DNA of 64,000 bases from Pseudomonadales bacterium. Its GTDB lineage: Bacteria > Pseudomonadota > Gammaproteobacteria > Pseudomonadales > UBA7434. How positions within the stretch are numbered: position 1 is the first letter of the stretch; each line of letters starts with the position of its first letter. Below the pieces are notes generated by a model that was given only the letters and a program-made list of their open reading frames with translations, did no database searches and had not been told where the DNA came from. Positions 45,468 through 56,057 of the stretch are shown one piece after another. The DNA lies in assembly GCA_965659815.1 (NCBI GenBank), contig CBFHXO010000002.1, positions 794 to 64,793 on the forward strand. Direction: 5' to 3'. A program made the translations under genes and the position numbers.

Positions 45468-48416
45468 TTAGTGAGCTGTTTGATTAAGTGCGCGATAAAT
45501 CACTGCCTGCAGTTGCGATAAATTAATCGGTTTGCAGAGGTATTCGTCCATACCGGCAGCCAGACACTGCTGTTCACACTCGCTGTTATCATAGGCGGTT
45601 AGTGCGATAATTACTATGGGCGATTGGTTCATGTTTGCTGCGGTGGTGTGGGTTTGGCCCAGGTTTTTTTCGCTGTCCTTATCCGGGTTGTCGATTAACT
45701 GTTGTTGGTAAGCGCGGATCTGTCGGGCGGTGTCGAAGCCGGAGGCGTCGGGCAGGTCGCAGTCCATCAGGATTATATCAAAGTGTTCGCTGCGCACTTT
45801 AGCCAGCGCCTCGTTGCCCGATACAACGTGTTGATAATCGATGCCAAGCTTGTTGAGCATAACCCCAACAATTTTTGCGCTGACCGGATTATCTTCAACC
45901 AGTAGCAGTTGGACGCTGGCAATAGCCTTGTGGTGTTTGATATCGTCGGCCGCGGCCTGGGTTGGCGTCAAGCCATCTTGCAGTGAGTGCAAAAAATAAA
46001 ACTCTTCAAGCAATACCAGCTGCAAGGTATGTGCGAGCACGGGTTTATCCAGTACGCGTTTGATACCGTGGTTTTTGACATTGATTAAATCGATAGACGA
46101 TGCCGCATTCGACATAATGATAATGGCAAGATCGCTGGGCACGTCTGGGCTTGCACGCAGTAACTGCGATGCCTCTATACCGTTAATTCCTGGCATCACA
46201 AAATCGATAAGTGCGAGGTCAATGGGTTGATTAATGGAAGACTGGTGGCGGATTGTGGCCAGTGCAGTATTAAAATCGCTGGTTTTGAAGCTGATAACAT
46301 TCCAGCGGTCGAGGTACGACTCGATCACCTCGCAGGAGGTGGTGCTGTCGTCCAGAATCAGTATGCGACGGTTTTTAAGCAGGTCGAGATCGTATTGCTG
46401 GCGCGAGCGGTTAGCATTTTGCGTTGCTGGTAAATGGGCGTTAATAATCAAGTGGTCCTGCTGTTGCTCAATATGCAGTTCGCCGCTGAGTTTTCTGGCA
46501 ATCGATTCAACCAGTGCGGTGTCTTGCTCAAAACTGTAGGGTCGATTGCTGTGCTGGATATCCAGTGTCAGTAAGAAGGTAATATCCATCGATTCGGCGG
46601 CAAAGTTGCACGGTTTTATACGAATTTCTGTGACATGACTGGCTGCCAAAAAATACTCCAGCGTATGCATTAGCAGCTGGCGAATATATTCGTGGCTACC
46701 ACTCCAGTATTCGGGTGCATCCAATGATAGCTCTACAATAATTTCCTTATTGAGTTCACCGGCACGAAAGCCGTAGAACTGCGTGCACTCGGATAATAAC
46801 GTGCTGAGCTTAAATGGCTCCGGGTTGTGTGGGCGTTGCTGGTCTGCCGACTGTATTGAAAATAGCGCATCGATATTGTCCAGCGCGCTGTGTCCCGAGC
46901 GCTGGATCTCCAGCATGTTCTTGCGCTGCGTTTGATCCAGTGGAGACTCCCCAATAAGTTCGGCAAGCCCAATAATATCCGATAGTGAGGCGCGCAAGTC
47001 ATGTCGGTTGCCGCCAAAGAATGGCGAAATGGCTGCGATATGTTGTTCTTTTTTTGCGGCGTTTATCGACCGCACCAGCGCATGGGTTCGGCGTCGTCCC
47101 TCAAGAACCATTAGCATAATTTCAAGTATCGCCGCCTCAAGCATCACTGCCGATGCCAGCCAGAGCTGCAGTTGCATATCCGAGAGCGTGCCGATGCCCG
47201 CCTGGAAAAAGGCAAAAATCAGCATTAAGAACAGTGTCAGTTTGGTTAAGCCGATTGCCGGTGCGGCCATACGATTGCCAAGCAGATAAGCATGGAAGGA
47301 AATTGTGATCGCTACGATGGCATTGAGTACGATAAGTGCCCGCATAAAAGTGCCTGCGTAGGCAAAGGGTATCAATGCGCCAATGGCGGTAAATAAAATA
47401 ATTGCCGCAAACAGCCAGCGATTCTTTAACAGTGCAATGAGCGGGTGGTTTTTCAGTGCCGACTTTAAAATACCAAAGTAACAGACGGCGGCGATAATGC
47501 CCGAGCAAATAGACAGCTTGCCAAGTTGCTCGGACGTTAAACCCAACCCAGACAGGTTGATCATTAAAAAGTTTGGTACAAAACCGATACTGGCAAACGA
47601 ATAGGACAGCAGCCAGAGTAGCCCACCATGCTTGGTGACAATGGTGGATGACACGATAAAAAATATCATGCCGATAAATATCCCGGTAATTACTTTCCAG
47701 TAGTTAACTTCTTTTGCCCTGGCTTGCACCAGTTCAGCCGCGGTATAGAGTGTAAAGTTGGGAAAAATCCAGTTATCGGTGGCAACGTTAATCAATAGTG
47801 TTGCGGTCTGCCCTGGGTTTATTGAAAACTGATAGTCCATGGCATGGGGCTGGCTGGATTGCCGGTGATAGAACTCGTTGGCCTTGATTAATTTTGGGGT
47901 AATTGCCGTGGGTTTGTGGTTGGTATTATCTGCGCCATCATAAAAAATAACGCTTGCTGCGCTTAGAATCTGGTCGGGCTCAATAGAGAGAATATAGCTG
48001 CGCGACTGCTGACCGGGGTTGTCCAGGCGCAGACGATACCAGTGTGTTTCGGGCTTGGGTACGATCAGTTTGTAGTATTTATATACCGGCTGCCATAATG
48101 GCGAGTAGGGGTTAGATACTTCGTTATAGTCGGGTATTGAGCGGATGCTTGTTGTAGTTTTTGCGGCGATCCTTTTTTCCAGGTAGTTTGCCAGTGGCAC
48201 TCGGTGTGCGCTATCGTTGGCAAGGTGCAGCGTTGGGCTGACCTCAATTAACGGCAGTGGGCGGCTTGTCTGCTTTTGTGCTGGGCTTTGTGTAAGGCTT
48301 TGCGCAAGACTTGGTGCCAGTTCGCCATTGATTGGATTGGCCCGGAGTTGTTCAGGTTGTTTTTGATACGAATTGGGATTGGATAAGGCCGATAATGGCA
48401 GCAGCGTTAGTAGCAA
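45468..48416 (-). CDS. retS: RetS-like hybrid sensor kinase (7TMR-DISMED2 periplasmic domain, 7 TM, DHp, degenerate CA domain, two receiver domains)
   Basis: 982 aa. Has the H-box RHDLRASLSDIIG and two REC domains (LILDDS...LIDFVMPG; LLVEDN...ILMDCDLPD...KP). Sits after purD, as retS does in P. aeruginosa. The TTG start is uncertain. Confidence 0.8.
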   Translation of the reverse strand: MLLTLLPLSALSNPNSYQKQPEQLRANPINGELAPSLAQSLTQSPAQKQTSRPLPLIEVSPTLHLANDSAHRVPLANYLEKRIAAKTTTSIRSIPDYNEVSNPYSPLWQPVYKYYKLIVPKPETHWYRLRLDNPGQQSRSYILSIEPDQILSAASVIFYDGADNTNHKPTAITPKLIKANEFYHRQSSQPHAMDYQFSINPGQTATLLINVATDNWIFPNFTLYTAAELVQARAKEVNYWKVITGIFIGMIFFIVSSTIVTKHGGLLWLLSYSFASIGFVPNFLMINLSGLGLTSEQLGKLSICSGIIAAVCYFGILKSALKNHPLIALLKNRWLFAAIILFTAIGALIPFAYAGTFMRALIVLNAIVAITISFHAYLLGNRMAAPAIGLTKLTLFLMLIFAFFQAGIGTLSDMQLQLWLASAVMLEAAILEIMLMVLEGRRRTHALVRSINAAKKEQHIAAISPFFGGNRHDLRASLSDIIGLAELIGESPLDQTQRKNMLEIQRSGHSALDNIDALFSIQSADQQRPHNPEPFKLSTLLSECTQFYGFRAGELNKEIIVELSLDAPEYWSGSHEYIRQLLMHTLEYFLAASHVTEIRIKPCNFAAESMDITFLLTLDIQHSNRPYSFEQDTALVESIARKLSGELHIEQQQDHLIINAHLPATQNANRSRQQYDLDLLKNRRILILDDSTTSCEVIESYLDRWNVISFKTSDFNTALATIRHQSSINQPIDLALIDFVMPGINGIEASQLLRASPDVPSDLAIIIMSNAASSIDLINVKNHGIKRVLDKPVLAHTLQLVLLEEFYFLHSLQDGLTPTQAAADDIKHHKAIASVQLLLVEDNPVSAKIVGVMLNKLGIDYQHVVSGNEALAKVRSEHFDIILMDCDLPDASGFDTARQIRAYQQQLIDNPDKDSEKNLGQTHTTAANMNQSPIVIIALTAYDNSECEQQCLAAGMDEYLCKPINLSQLQAVIYRALNQTAH

Positions 48417-48642
48417 TATTGCTGGAAGTCGTATTCGTGAACAGCGCAGTGCAACCGCTACGCATGCGATTAGCGATAATCCGACATTAGCGCTGCGCTG
48501 TTGACTGCGAATCCCGAACCAAGAAATGGCAACACTCCTTTTTTATATGGCAATTGCCGGTATTGCTACTCCCGAGCAGTTGCTACGCCTATATAATAGC
48601 TACCCCCGCACAAGTAGCCAGGCAATGTAACCAGGCAATGAT

Positions 48643-49947
48643 TTAAGCGCTGGCGGCTTTCTGCGCACGCTCCCTGGCAACGGCGCGATAACCGATATCT
48701 TTGCGCAGTTGAACGCCTTCCCAGTGAATGTTGGCAGCGCTGCTATAGGCGCGGCTTTGCGCTTCTGCGACGGTATTACCCAGTGCGGTTACGCAGAGCA
48801 CCCTGCCACCGCTGGTAACCACGTTTGAACCGTCTTGCGCAGTGCCGGCATGAAAGACCTTACAGTCGGGATCGTCGATTGAATCGAGCCCATCGATCAC
48901 GCGGCCTTTTTCGTAACTGCCAGGATAACCCTCGGCAGCCAGCACAACACCCAGTGCGGTTTGACTACTCCAGTCGATGCCAAGCCCATCCAGTTGCTGG
49001 TCGACGGCCGCGATGCAAAGCTGGCTCAGGTCCGAATTCATTCGCATCATAATCGGTTGTGTTTCAGGGTCGCCAAAGCGGCAATTATATTCAATGACCT
49101 TGGGCGTGCCATCGGGCGCAATCATTAAACCAGCGTAGAGAAAACCCGTGTAGCGATTGTTTTCTGCGGCCATGCCGGCAACCGTGGGTTTAATCACTTC
49201 GTCCATAATGCGATTAAAAATCACATCGTCCACCACCGGTGCGGGCGAGTAAGCACCCATGCCGCCAGTATTGGGGCCGGTGTCACCTTCGCCAACGCGC
49301 TTGTGATCCTGGCTGGTTGCCATGGGGAGAATATGCTCGCCATCGGTGACTACAATAAAGCTGGCTTCTTCTCCTTCAAGAAACTCTTCAATAACCACCT
49401 TGTGGCCCGCCTCACCAAACACATTGCCAGCCAGCATATCCTCAATAGCCGCGGTGGCCTCGGCCAGTGTCATGGCAACAATGACGCCTTTACCTGCGGC
49501 CAGCCCATCGGCTTTGACAACAATTGGCGCACCTTTTTCCTCGACGTAGGCAATTGCCTGCGCCTGGTTGGTAAAGGTCTGGTACTCGGCGGTGGGAATA
49601 TTGTGGCGTGCGAGAAAATCCTTGGTAAAGGATTTAGAACCCTCGAGCTGTGCGGCGCCGGCGCTGGGGCCAAAGCAGCGCAAGCCGCGCTCGCTAAAAT
49701 AATCGACAATCCCGTCAACCAGTGGTTGCTCTGGGCCAATAACGGTAAGTGCGACGTCGTTATCGGTGGCAAAGTTGGCAAGCGCGGCAAAATCGTTTAC
49801 CGCGATATCGACATTGCTGATATTGTCTTCAAGCGCTGTGCCCGCATTGCCCGGTGCCACAAACACCGTTGTGACTTGTGGGCTTTGCGCCAGTTTCCAG
49901 GCCAATGCGTGTTCTCGGCCACCACTTCCAATAACCAATACCTGCAT
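48643..49947 (-). CDS. purD: Phosphoribosylamine--glycine ligase
   Basis: 434 aa, colinear with PurD (MQVLVIGSGGREHALAWKL...). Confidence 0.97.
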   Translation of the reverse strand: MQVLVIGSGGREHALAWKLAQSPQVTTVFVAPGNAGTALEDNISNVDIAVNDFAALANFATDNDVALTVIGPEQPLVDGIVDYFSERGLRCFGPSAGAAQLEGSKSFTKDFLARHNIPTAEYQTFTNQAQAIAYVEEKGAPIVVKADGLAAGKGVIVAMTLAEATAAIEDMLAGNVFGEAGHKVVIEEFLEGEEASFIVVTDGEHILPMATSQDHKRVGEGDTGPNTGGMGAYSPAPVVDDVIFNRIMDEVIKPTVAGMAAENNRYTGFLYAGLMIAPDGTPKVIEYNCRFGDPETQPIMMRMNSDLSQLCIAAVDQQLDGLGIDWSSQTALGVVLAAEGYPGSYEKGRVIDGLDSIDDPDCKVFHAGTAQDGSNVVTSGGRVLCVTALGNTVAEAQSRAYSSAANIHWEGVQLRKDIGYRAVARERAQKAASA

Positions 49948-49998
49948 AAACGTTGTTATCCTGATTGTTTAAAACTGTGCGTGTAAATTTGCGCGAGC

Positions 49999-51582
49999 TT
50001 AGTGACGGAAATGGCGCATGCTGGTAAAGACCATTGCCATATTGTGTTCGTCCGCCGCTGCAATGACTTCTTCATCGCGCATTGAGCCGCCGGGTTGAAT
50101 AACGCAGCTAATGCCAACGCTGCCAGCATTATCGATACCGTCGCGAAATGGGAAGAATGCATCCGATGCCATACACGAACCGGCAACGGTCAGCCCTGCG
50201 TGTTCAGCTTTAATGGCCGCAATACGTGCCGAGTTAATACGGCTCATTTGCCCTGCGCCTACACCAATGGTTTGCTTGTTTTTACCGTAAATAATCGCGT
50301 TGGACTTCACCATTTTGGCCACCTTCCAGCTAAATAGCAGGTCGGCGATTTCTTCGCGGGTAGGCTGTCGCTTGCTGACAATGGTCAGGTCGCTTTCGCT
50401 AATCATGCCCAGATCGCGGTCCTGTAACAACAGGCCGCCATTAACACGCTTGTAGTCTAATGCGGATGTGCTGGCTGCCCATTGTTCGCAAACCAACAGG
50501 CGTACATTTTTCTTTTCTGCCACGGCGGCTTGTGCACCAGCAGTTGCGCCCGGTGCGATAATGACTTCGACAAACTGTTTGGCGCAAATGGCTGCAGCTG
50601 TGACTTCATCGAGTTCGCGGTTAAACGCGATAATGCCGCCAAATGCAGATTCGGGGTCGGTTTCAAATGCGCGTTGATAGGCCTGTTCAATAGTATCGGC
50701 AGACGCCACGCCACAGGGGTTTGCGTGTTTCACAATCACGCAGCTGGGTTCACTAAACAGCTTAACGGTTTCGAGTGCGGCATCGGTGTCGGCGATATTG
50801 TTGTACGAGAGTTCTTTACCCTGCAATTGCGTGGCGGTAGCGATACTGACATCAGCGGGGTTTTTCTCGACATAAAACGCCGATTGCTGGTGCGGGTTTT
50901 CGCCATAGCGCAGGCTTTGCGTCTTGATGAACTGGGTGTTGAAAGTGCGTGGAAAGCCTTCGCTGCCACCATCGACTTTTTGGCCAAAGTAATTGGCAAT
51001 AGCGCCATCGTAAGCGGCGGTATGTTCGTAGGCTTTAATTGCTAGGTCAAAGCGAGTTTGATAAGTGGTTGCGCCATCGTTCTCGGCCAGCTCGTTGAGC
51101 ACGCGTTGGTAATCACGGCTGTTAACCACAATGGTGACGTCGTTATGGTTTTTTGCTGCGGCGCGCACCATGGTGGGCCCGCCGATATCAATATTCTCAA
51201 CCGCATCGGCTAGTGAGCAATCAGGGTTGGCTACCGTGCTTTCAAATGGGTAGAGGTTGACCACGACTAGGTCGATCGCATCGATCGCATTGGCTTGCAT
51301 GACTGCGTCGTCGGTGCCGCGCCTGGCCAATATGCCGCCATGGACTTTGGGGTGTAAGGTTTTCACCCTGCCGTCCATCATTTCAGGAAAGCCGGTGTAC
51401 TCACTAACCTCGACCACGTTGACGTTATTATCTTTGAGTAACTTGTAGGTGCCGCCGGTTGAAAGAATTTCAACGCCAGCCTGGGTTAATTGTGATGCGA
51501 ACTCAACGATACCGGTTTTATCGGACACGCTGATTAATGCGCGCTGGATGCTAGCTAAAGAACGATTTGTCATATTTGTCAT
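49999..51582 (-). CDS. purH: Bifunctional AICAR transformylase / IMP cyclohydrolase
   Basis: 527 aa, colinear with PurH ([16 protein letters not shown]..., MRHFRH C-terminus). Confidence 0.97.
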   Translation of the reverse strand: MTNMTNRSLASIQRALISVSDKTGIVEFASQLTQAGVEILSTGGTYKLLKDNNVNVVEVSEYTGFPEMMDGRVKTLHPKVHGGILARRGTDDAVMQANAIDAIDLVVVNLYPFESTVANPDCSLADAVENIDIGGPTMVRAAAKNHNDVTIVVNSRDYQRVLNELAENDGATTYQTRFDLAIKAYEHTAAYDGAIANYFGQKVDGGSEGFPRTFNTQFIKTQSLRYGENPHQQSAFYVEKNPADVSIATATQLQGKELSYNNIADTDAALETVKLFSEPSCVIVKHANPCGVASADTIEQAYQRAFETDPESAFGGIIAFNRELDEVTAAAICAKQFVEVIIAPGATAGAQAAVAEKKNVRLLVCEQWAASTSALDYKRVNGGLLLQDRDLGMISESDLTIVSKRQPTREEIADLLFSWKVAKMVKSNAIIYGKNKQTIGVGAGQMSRINSARIAAIKAEHAGLTVAGSCMASDAFFPFRDGIDNAGSVGISCVIQPGGSMRDEEVIAAADEHNMAMVFTSMRHFRH

Positions 51583-51870
51583 AGAAGCGTGTGCTTGATC
51601 GAGTGCTTGTTGAATGAGAGTTATAGAGTGAGTACGAATAGTACGGTTTATGCCCAGGTTGTGATGTCAGATTGCGATGCCCCGAGAAAAGCGTATTTAA
51701 CCAGAAAATACGTATTGAAACAGCAAAGAAAATCGAAACCGGGAGGAAAAGTCCCCAGCTTAAGCCAGTTAAGTTAAGTGAGTGTACCTCAGCCAGAGCA
51801 CCGAGCCGCTCCGCGCAAATACGGGTGCTGGATAATGGCTAGACTTGCGAAAAAGCCGATTGCGGAAACT

Positions 51871-51903
51871 AAAAAGCACCTGCCGCAGTAAAGGACAAGT
51901 GCT
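51871..51903 (-). terminator. Rho-independent terminator in the fis 3' region
   Basis: The minus strand reads AGCACUUG-n13-CAGGUGCU followed by UUUU. It lies about 165 nt after the fis stop. Confidence 0.55.
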
Positions 51904-52067
51904 TTGAGTCGATAGACAAGCGCAACATCGATAAACACGACACCCGCACCCGTCGACAATATCCATCGAGACAGGCAAGGCTCCGGTTCATACTGCTCCC
52001 ACCGTCAGTAATAAGCTGGCGATCAGGGCGTTGGTGTTACGCTCGCAACGGTTTTACTTTTAATGGC

Positions 52068-52385
52068 CTATAGTAAACCGTATTGCTTGAGTTTCTTTCT
52101 CAGCGTACCACGGTTAAGACCGAGTAAGTGCGCTGCTTTGGTCTGATTGTTGCGCACATACTTCATCACTTGCTCAAGTAATGGTGCTTCAACTTCAGTC
52201 AATACCATTTGGTAGACATCCGAAACCGGCTGTCCATCAAGGTGTTTAAAGTAGTTGGCCATTGCTGCTTCAACATTTTCACGCAAGCTTGCGGTTGAAT
52301 CGGCTGCCATTGCCGCCTGATCTACTGGAGGCTGGATTTGGTTGTTAGTTGTTGGCTCATGCAAATAAGAGTCGCTTGTGCTCAT
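52068..52385 (-). CDS. fis: DNA-binding protein Fis
   Basis: 105 aa. The C-terminal [28 protein letters not shown] is diagnostic. Confidence 0.95.
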   Translation of the reverse strand: MSTSDSYLHEPTTNNQIQPPVDQAAMAADSTASLRENVEAAMANYFKHLDGQPVSDVYQMVLTEVEAPLLEQVMKYVRNNQTKAAHLLGLNRGTLRKKLKQYGLL

Positions 52386-53779
52386 GCCGCGATGTCCCCT
52401 GTGGTTTGTAGTTCCCCAAAAAAGTGTTTTATGTGTTCCAGTTGTGCGGTACAGCTGCTTAACTGGTTGAACTGCTTTCTAGCAATTTCTATTTTGTCGG
52501 TCAGTCGCGTGACTTCTTGAGGTGTTAAGCGACATCCCAACGGGATCGTACCTGTTTCACTTACCGAATAATCCGTTATTGTATTTAATGCTGCTGTTTT
52601 CCTAATAGTTTCTTCTCTGTTAGCTGCATGACGGGTTTCTGCTGTTGTTTCTGCAGCTAGTGTTTCTGGTTCAGCAGTTACTGTTTGCTCTTGTTGATGT
52701 TGTTGTCGTTCATCTTGTCGTTCGTATTGTTCGATGATCGAGTGTGCTATTTGTTCAAAATACCAGCAAATATGTTTTCGCGCCATCCTTACGGCCAAAT
52801 TTGGCCGGATTACAGCTTTTACTTTGTTATCAACAGCTTTGCTATCAACAAGTTTACCATTAGTGCTCGTTATTTGTTTGGTATATTCGCCATTATGCCG
52901 GTTGTTATGCTGACTATCGCAGCGGTTATCGTGCTGGTTGTAGTAGCGATGAATATGCCGTAAATGAGCTATTATAAGGCGTTCTTTATTATTTGCATAA
53001 CCAAAGCTCAATGGTTTACCTGTAAAAAGTTCACTCGATGCATTGGCATATCCAAGTAAATCATTGATTTCGCCAAATATCCACGGTTTTCCCTGCGCAC
53101 CGCGGCCTATCATCACGCCGTCGGCTCCAGTGTAGTCCAAAACGGTTTTTGCTTTTATTGCCGATGTGATATCGCCATTGGCAAATACCGGAATCGTTAC
53201 CGCTTGAACAACTGCCGCAATAGTATCGTATTCGGCCGCGCCATGATACCGGCAAGCTCGCGTGCGGCCGTGCACGGCCAGCGAAGCTATACCCATATCT
53301 TCGGCCATTTGGGCGATTTGTACAGCGTTTCTATTATCGAGATCCCAACCTGTACGCATTTTTAATGTTACTGGTACGTCGACACTGGCAACCACGGCAG
53401 TAAGGATACGGCGAACCAGCCCTTCGTCTTTCATGAGTGCTGACCCTGCCAGTTTTTTACAGACTTTTTTTGCCGGGCAGCCCATATTAATATCGACAAT
53501 TTGCGCGCCGTGCTCAACCTGGTAGCGCGCCGCCATGGCCATTTGTTCGGGGTCGGTGCCAACAATCTGAATTGCCCTAGGTTCAAGATCGTAGGGGTGG
53601 GTGAGCCGCAGCTGCGATTTTTTGGTATCGCGCAGCGCAGGGTCGCTGGCGCTCATTTCGGCGGTCACCATGGCCGCGCCCATTTGGCGGCAGAGTTGCC
53701 GAAAAGGAACGTCGGTAACGCCAGCCATGGGTGCCAGTACTGCACGACCGGCTAACTTGTAGGGGCCTATCTGGATCAT
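52382..53779 (-). CDS. dusB: tRNA-dihydrouridine synthase B with two large low-complexity insertions
   Basis: 465 aa, against about 320-340 for typical DusB. The TIM-barrel core is intact ([25 protein letters not shown]). Its stop overlaps the fis start. Confidence 0.9.
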   Translation of the reverse strand: MIQIGPYKLAGRAVLAPMAGVTDVPFRQLCRQMGAAMVTAEMSASDPALRDTKKSQLRLTHPYDLEPRAIQIVGTDPEQMAMAARYQVEHGAQIVDINMGCPAKKVCKKLAGSALMKDEGLVRRILTAVVASVDVPVTLKMRTGWDLDNRNAVQIAQMAEDMGIASLAVHGRTRACRYHGAAEYDTIAAVVQAVTIPVFANGDITSAIKAKTVLDYTGADGVMIGRGAQGKPWIFGEINDLLGYANASSELFTGKPLSFGYANNKERLIIAHLRHIHRYYNQHDNRCDSQHNNRHNGEYTKQITSTNGKLVDSKAVDNKVKAVIRPNLAVRMARKHICWYFEQIAHSIIEQYERQDERQQHQQEQTVTAEPETLAAETTAETRHAANREETIRKTAALNTITDYSVSETGTIPLGCRLTPQEVTRLTDKIEIARKQFNQLSSCTAQLEHIKHFFGELQTTGDIAA

Positions 53780-53883
53780 TGGGTCCGAATCATCTGGGTT
53801 TTAACTCAAACGCTTTTAATATCCGCCGGTAACTGTGCATTGCCGACACGCTAGCGGGGAGTGTTTGGTGAGTAATGACTTGC

Positions 53884-55011
53884 TTAGCTCGCCGGCTTTA
53901 ATTTTAGCGTGTAATTGACCGCCTCGTCACCTGGATTTTTGATTTCAATGGCAATGTGAACCGGGGTTGCCCTGGGCATGTCACTGGCACCGCTAAGCTC
54001 GCCGTGCAGGTATTCTGCCGAGGTAAATCGGCGGTACGCTTTACTATTGCCATCGGCATCGCTAAAGCGCAGTTCGATATGCGGGAAGGGCAGCAGTTGT
54101 TTGCTGGTGTTGATAATCACAGTTTCAACAATTAGCGCATCGTTTTGCTCGGGGTGTTCATAAACACGCAGCGATTGCGCTTGGTAGTCAGCCTCTGATG
54201 CAGCCAGTTGGCACTGGCTAAGCTGGCAGGCTATCGCATAAGCCTGCTGCCAGCGGGGGTGGTGTTGAAAGTCTGCCGGATGGTTAAGCATCCATTGGGC
54301 AAATAGCGCGGCCAGCAAGCCAAGACACAGCAAGCTACCGCCTATGCTATGCAGCCAATGGCTTGCGCGCCAATGTTGGGTGGCAAGGGCGATTTCAACC
54401 GGCTGTGTCTCAATGCTATTTAGCCGCTCAAACGTGTTTATCGTATGCATTGAGGGCTCAATGCGACCATCTTCATATATTCGCTGCATTTCGCCGCTAG
54501 GAATAAAGGCGGGTTCACTGACCGATTCAGCATCGATTGGTAATTCGCTTTGGTTTGCCCGAGCTTGTGCCGCTGGTGGGGCATTATTCTGGCTGCTGGC
54601 TTGCCGTTTTTCTGGCAGCAATTCGTTTAGCCAGTCGCGCGTTACTTCATTTTCGCGCTCAGCTTTATTTTCATCGCCGCCAGTAATACCAATCTCAGCT
54701 TCAGATGGTTTATCACTATTGTTTGCGACCCGGCCAGCCCGGTTTTCAAAGTCGCTGTTTGGCAGGTGATTGTGTTGGTCGGCTGATGGGATCGATTGGG
54801 TTTTATTCAGTGACATGGTGCCAGTCTCAGGCGCCATGGTTGCACTGTTAGTACTCGTAGTACGGCAATTGTCGGAATCGTCGTTAACCCGATTATCGAT
54901 GGCAACAAATACTTTCATGCACGTACCGCAGCGCACATGCCCATTGGCAACGCTAAGCTGTTCGCCACTAATAGCAAAACGTGACTGACAATTAGGGCAT
55001 TGGCTGATCAT
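53884..55011 (-). CDS. MJ0042-type zinc-ribbon / DUF3426 domain protein
   Basis: 375 aa. Has the N-terminal CPNCQSRF...VRCGTCMKVF zinc ribbon, a disordered linker, one TM helix and a C-terminal beta domain. Confidence 0.8.
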   Translation of the reverse strand: MISQCPNCQSRFAISGEQLSVANGHVRCGTCMKVFVAIDNRVNDDSDNCRTTSTNSATMAPETGTMSLNKTQSIPSADQHNHLPNSDFENRAGRVANNSDKPSEAEIGITGGDENKAERENEVTRDWLNELLPEKRQASSQNNAPPAAQARANQSELPIDAESVSEPAFIPSGEMQRIYEDGRIEPSMHTINTFERLNSIETQPVEIALATQHWRASHWLHSIGGSLLCLGLLAALFAQWMLNHPADFQHHPRWQQAYAIACQLSQCQLAASEADYQAQSLRVYEHPEQNDALIVETVIINTSKQLLPFPHIELRFSDADGNSKAYRRFTSAEYLHGELSGASDMPRATPVHIAIEIKNPGDEAVNYTLKLKPAS

Positions 55012-55068
55012 GCAGGGAATCCCGGTATGTTTTTGCGGCGCCTTTGTTGTAGAGAATGTTGTCGCTAA

Positions 55069-56031
55069 TTATGCAAAAAGCGTGCGGCCGTTTAATCTTA
55101 CCCATTCATCACGCTTTGCCATAGGGCTAAAGTTTACCTTGCTGTTATACGCTTGCATAACCTGCTCTGCCTGTATATCGAGAATGCCCGATAACACCAG
55201 TTCGCCATTGGGTGCCATTAGCCCGCTAAGCTGCGGCGCTAAGGTAATTAGCGGCCCCGCCAGTATATTCGCAATGACCAGGTCAAAACCGTCATGTATG
55301 TCGCTATTTTTGCTTTTGGCGCTAGTCTCACTTGTGGCAATAGCCTCGCTTCTAGCAATATCATTGAGTGTTTGCTCAAGCTGTTCGGGGAGGCAAACTG
55401 CTAGAGACGCCTCATCAATACCATTTTGTGTGGCATTGGCGCGGGTAGCGATTAGCGCTTGTGGATCATTGTCTACGCATATCGCCGACTTTGCGCCCAG
55501 TAACAGTGCGGCAATTGCCAGAATACCGGAGCCACACCCGTAATCGATAATCACTTTATTAGTGAGCTCGGCTTGTTCAAGCCATTCAAGGCAGAGTGCG
55601 GTGGTTTGATGGGTGCCGGTGCCAAAAGCAAGGCCGGGGTCGAGGGCAATGACAACGGCATCGGGGTCGGGGGCTTGTTGCCAGCTGGGGCAAACCCATA
55701 AATTGTTACCAAAGCGTAGCGGGGTAAAGTTATCTAACCAGCTGCGCTCCCAGTCCTGGTCTTCCAGAGATTCAAAGCGATAGTTTGTTGGCGGCTGGCC
55801 CAAGCTGCGGCCCAGCTGCTTGATAATATCCTGTGGGGTAGCGCTACCGCTAAACAGTGCGGTAAGACGGGTTGCATCCCAAAGTGGTGTTTCGCCAACG
55901 CCCGGTTCAAGTACGGGCTGGTCGGCATTGTCTTGTAAGGTGACTGAAACGGCACCCGCCTCTGTCAACGCATTTTCAATGCGATCGACACTGGCGGGGT
56001 CGGTATCAATATGGAGCTGTAACCAGGTCAT
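55069..56031 (-). CDS. prmA: Ribosomal protein L11 methyltransferase
   Basis: 320 aa. MTWLQLHIDT..., the SAM motif VIDYGCGSGILA and ANILAGPL fit PrmA. It carries an insertion of about 25 aa relative to E. coli. Confidence 0.93.
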   Translation of the reverse strand: MTWLQLHIDTDPASVDRIENALTEAGAVSVTLQDNADQPVLEPGVGETPLWDATRLTALFSGSATPQDIIKQLGRSLGQPPTNYRFESLEDQDWERSWLDNFTPLRFGNNLWVCPSWQQAPDPDAVVIALDPGLAFGTGTHQTTALCLEWLEQAELTNKVIIDYGCGSGILAIAALLLGAKSAICVDNDPQALIATRANATQNGIDEASLAVCLPEQLEQTLNDIARSEAIATSETSAKSKNSDIHDGFDLVIANILAGPLITLAPQLSGLMAPNGELVLSGILDIQAEQVMQAYNSKVNFSPMAKRDEWVRLNGRTLFA

Positions 56032-56057
56032 TGCGAGGGCTTCGCGATAACCGGTGT

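Noticed and set aside
49303-49986. 227-aa ORF on the plus strand.
   Set aside because: It lies entirely antisense to purD, whose identity is unambiguous. The sequence is low-complexity and Gly/Ala/Lys-rich, typical of a shadow frame.
51741-51756. GGGAGGAAAAGUCCCC, reminiscent of the RNase P RNA CR-I motif (GAGGAAAGUCCGGGC).
   Set aside because: It has an extra A. There is no matching CR-V/P4 partner (ACAGAACCCGGCUUA) within 400 nt, and no P1-P3 architecture is evident.
51769-51978. 69-aa Cys-rich ORF between fis and purH.
   Set aside because: It has no SD, an implausible composition (CGCRVYRCCAC) and spans the terminator hairpin. It is more likely non-coding.
51965-52012. Possible ZTP (pfl) riboswitch upstream of purH. 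The minus strand reads ACUGACGGUGGGAGC...CCGGAGCC...UGCCUGUCUC.
   Set aside because: It only loosely resembles GACUGGCG...GGGAGC...CCGCCUGGGC. The pseudoknot partner is not complementary, and the element sits about 400 nt from the purH start, right after fis. A cmscan run is needed to be certain.
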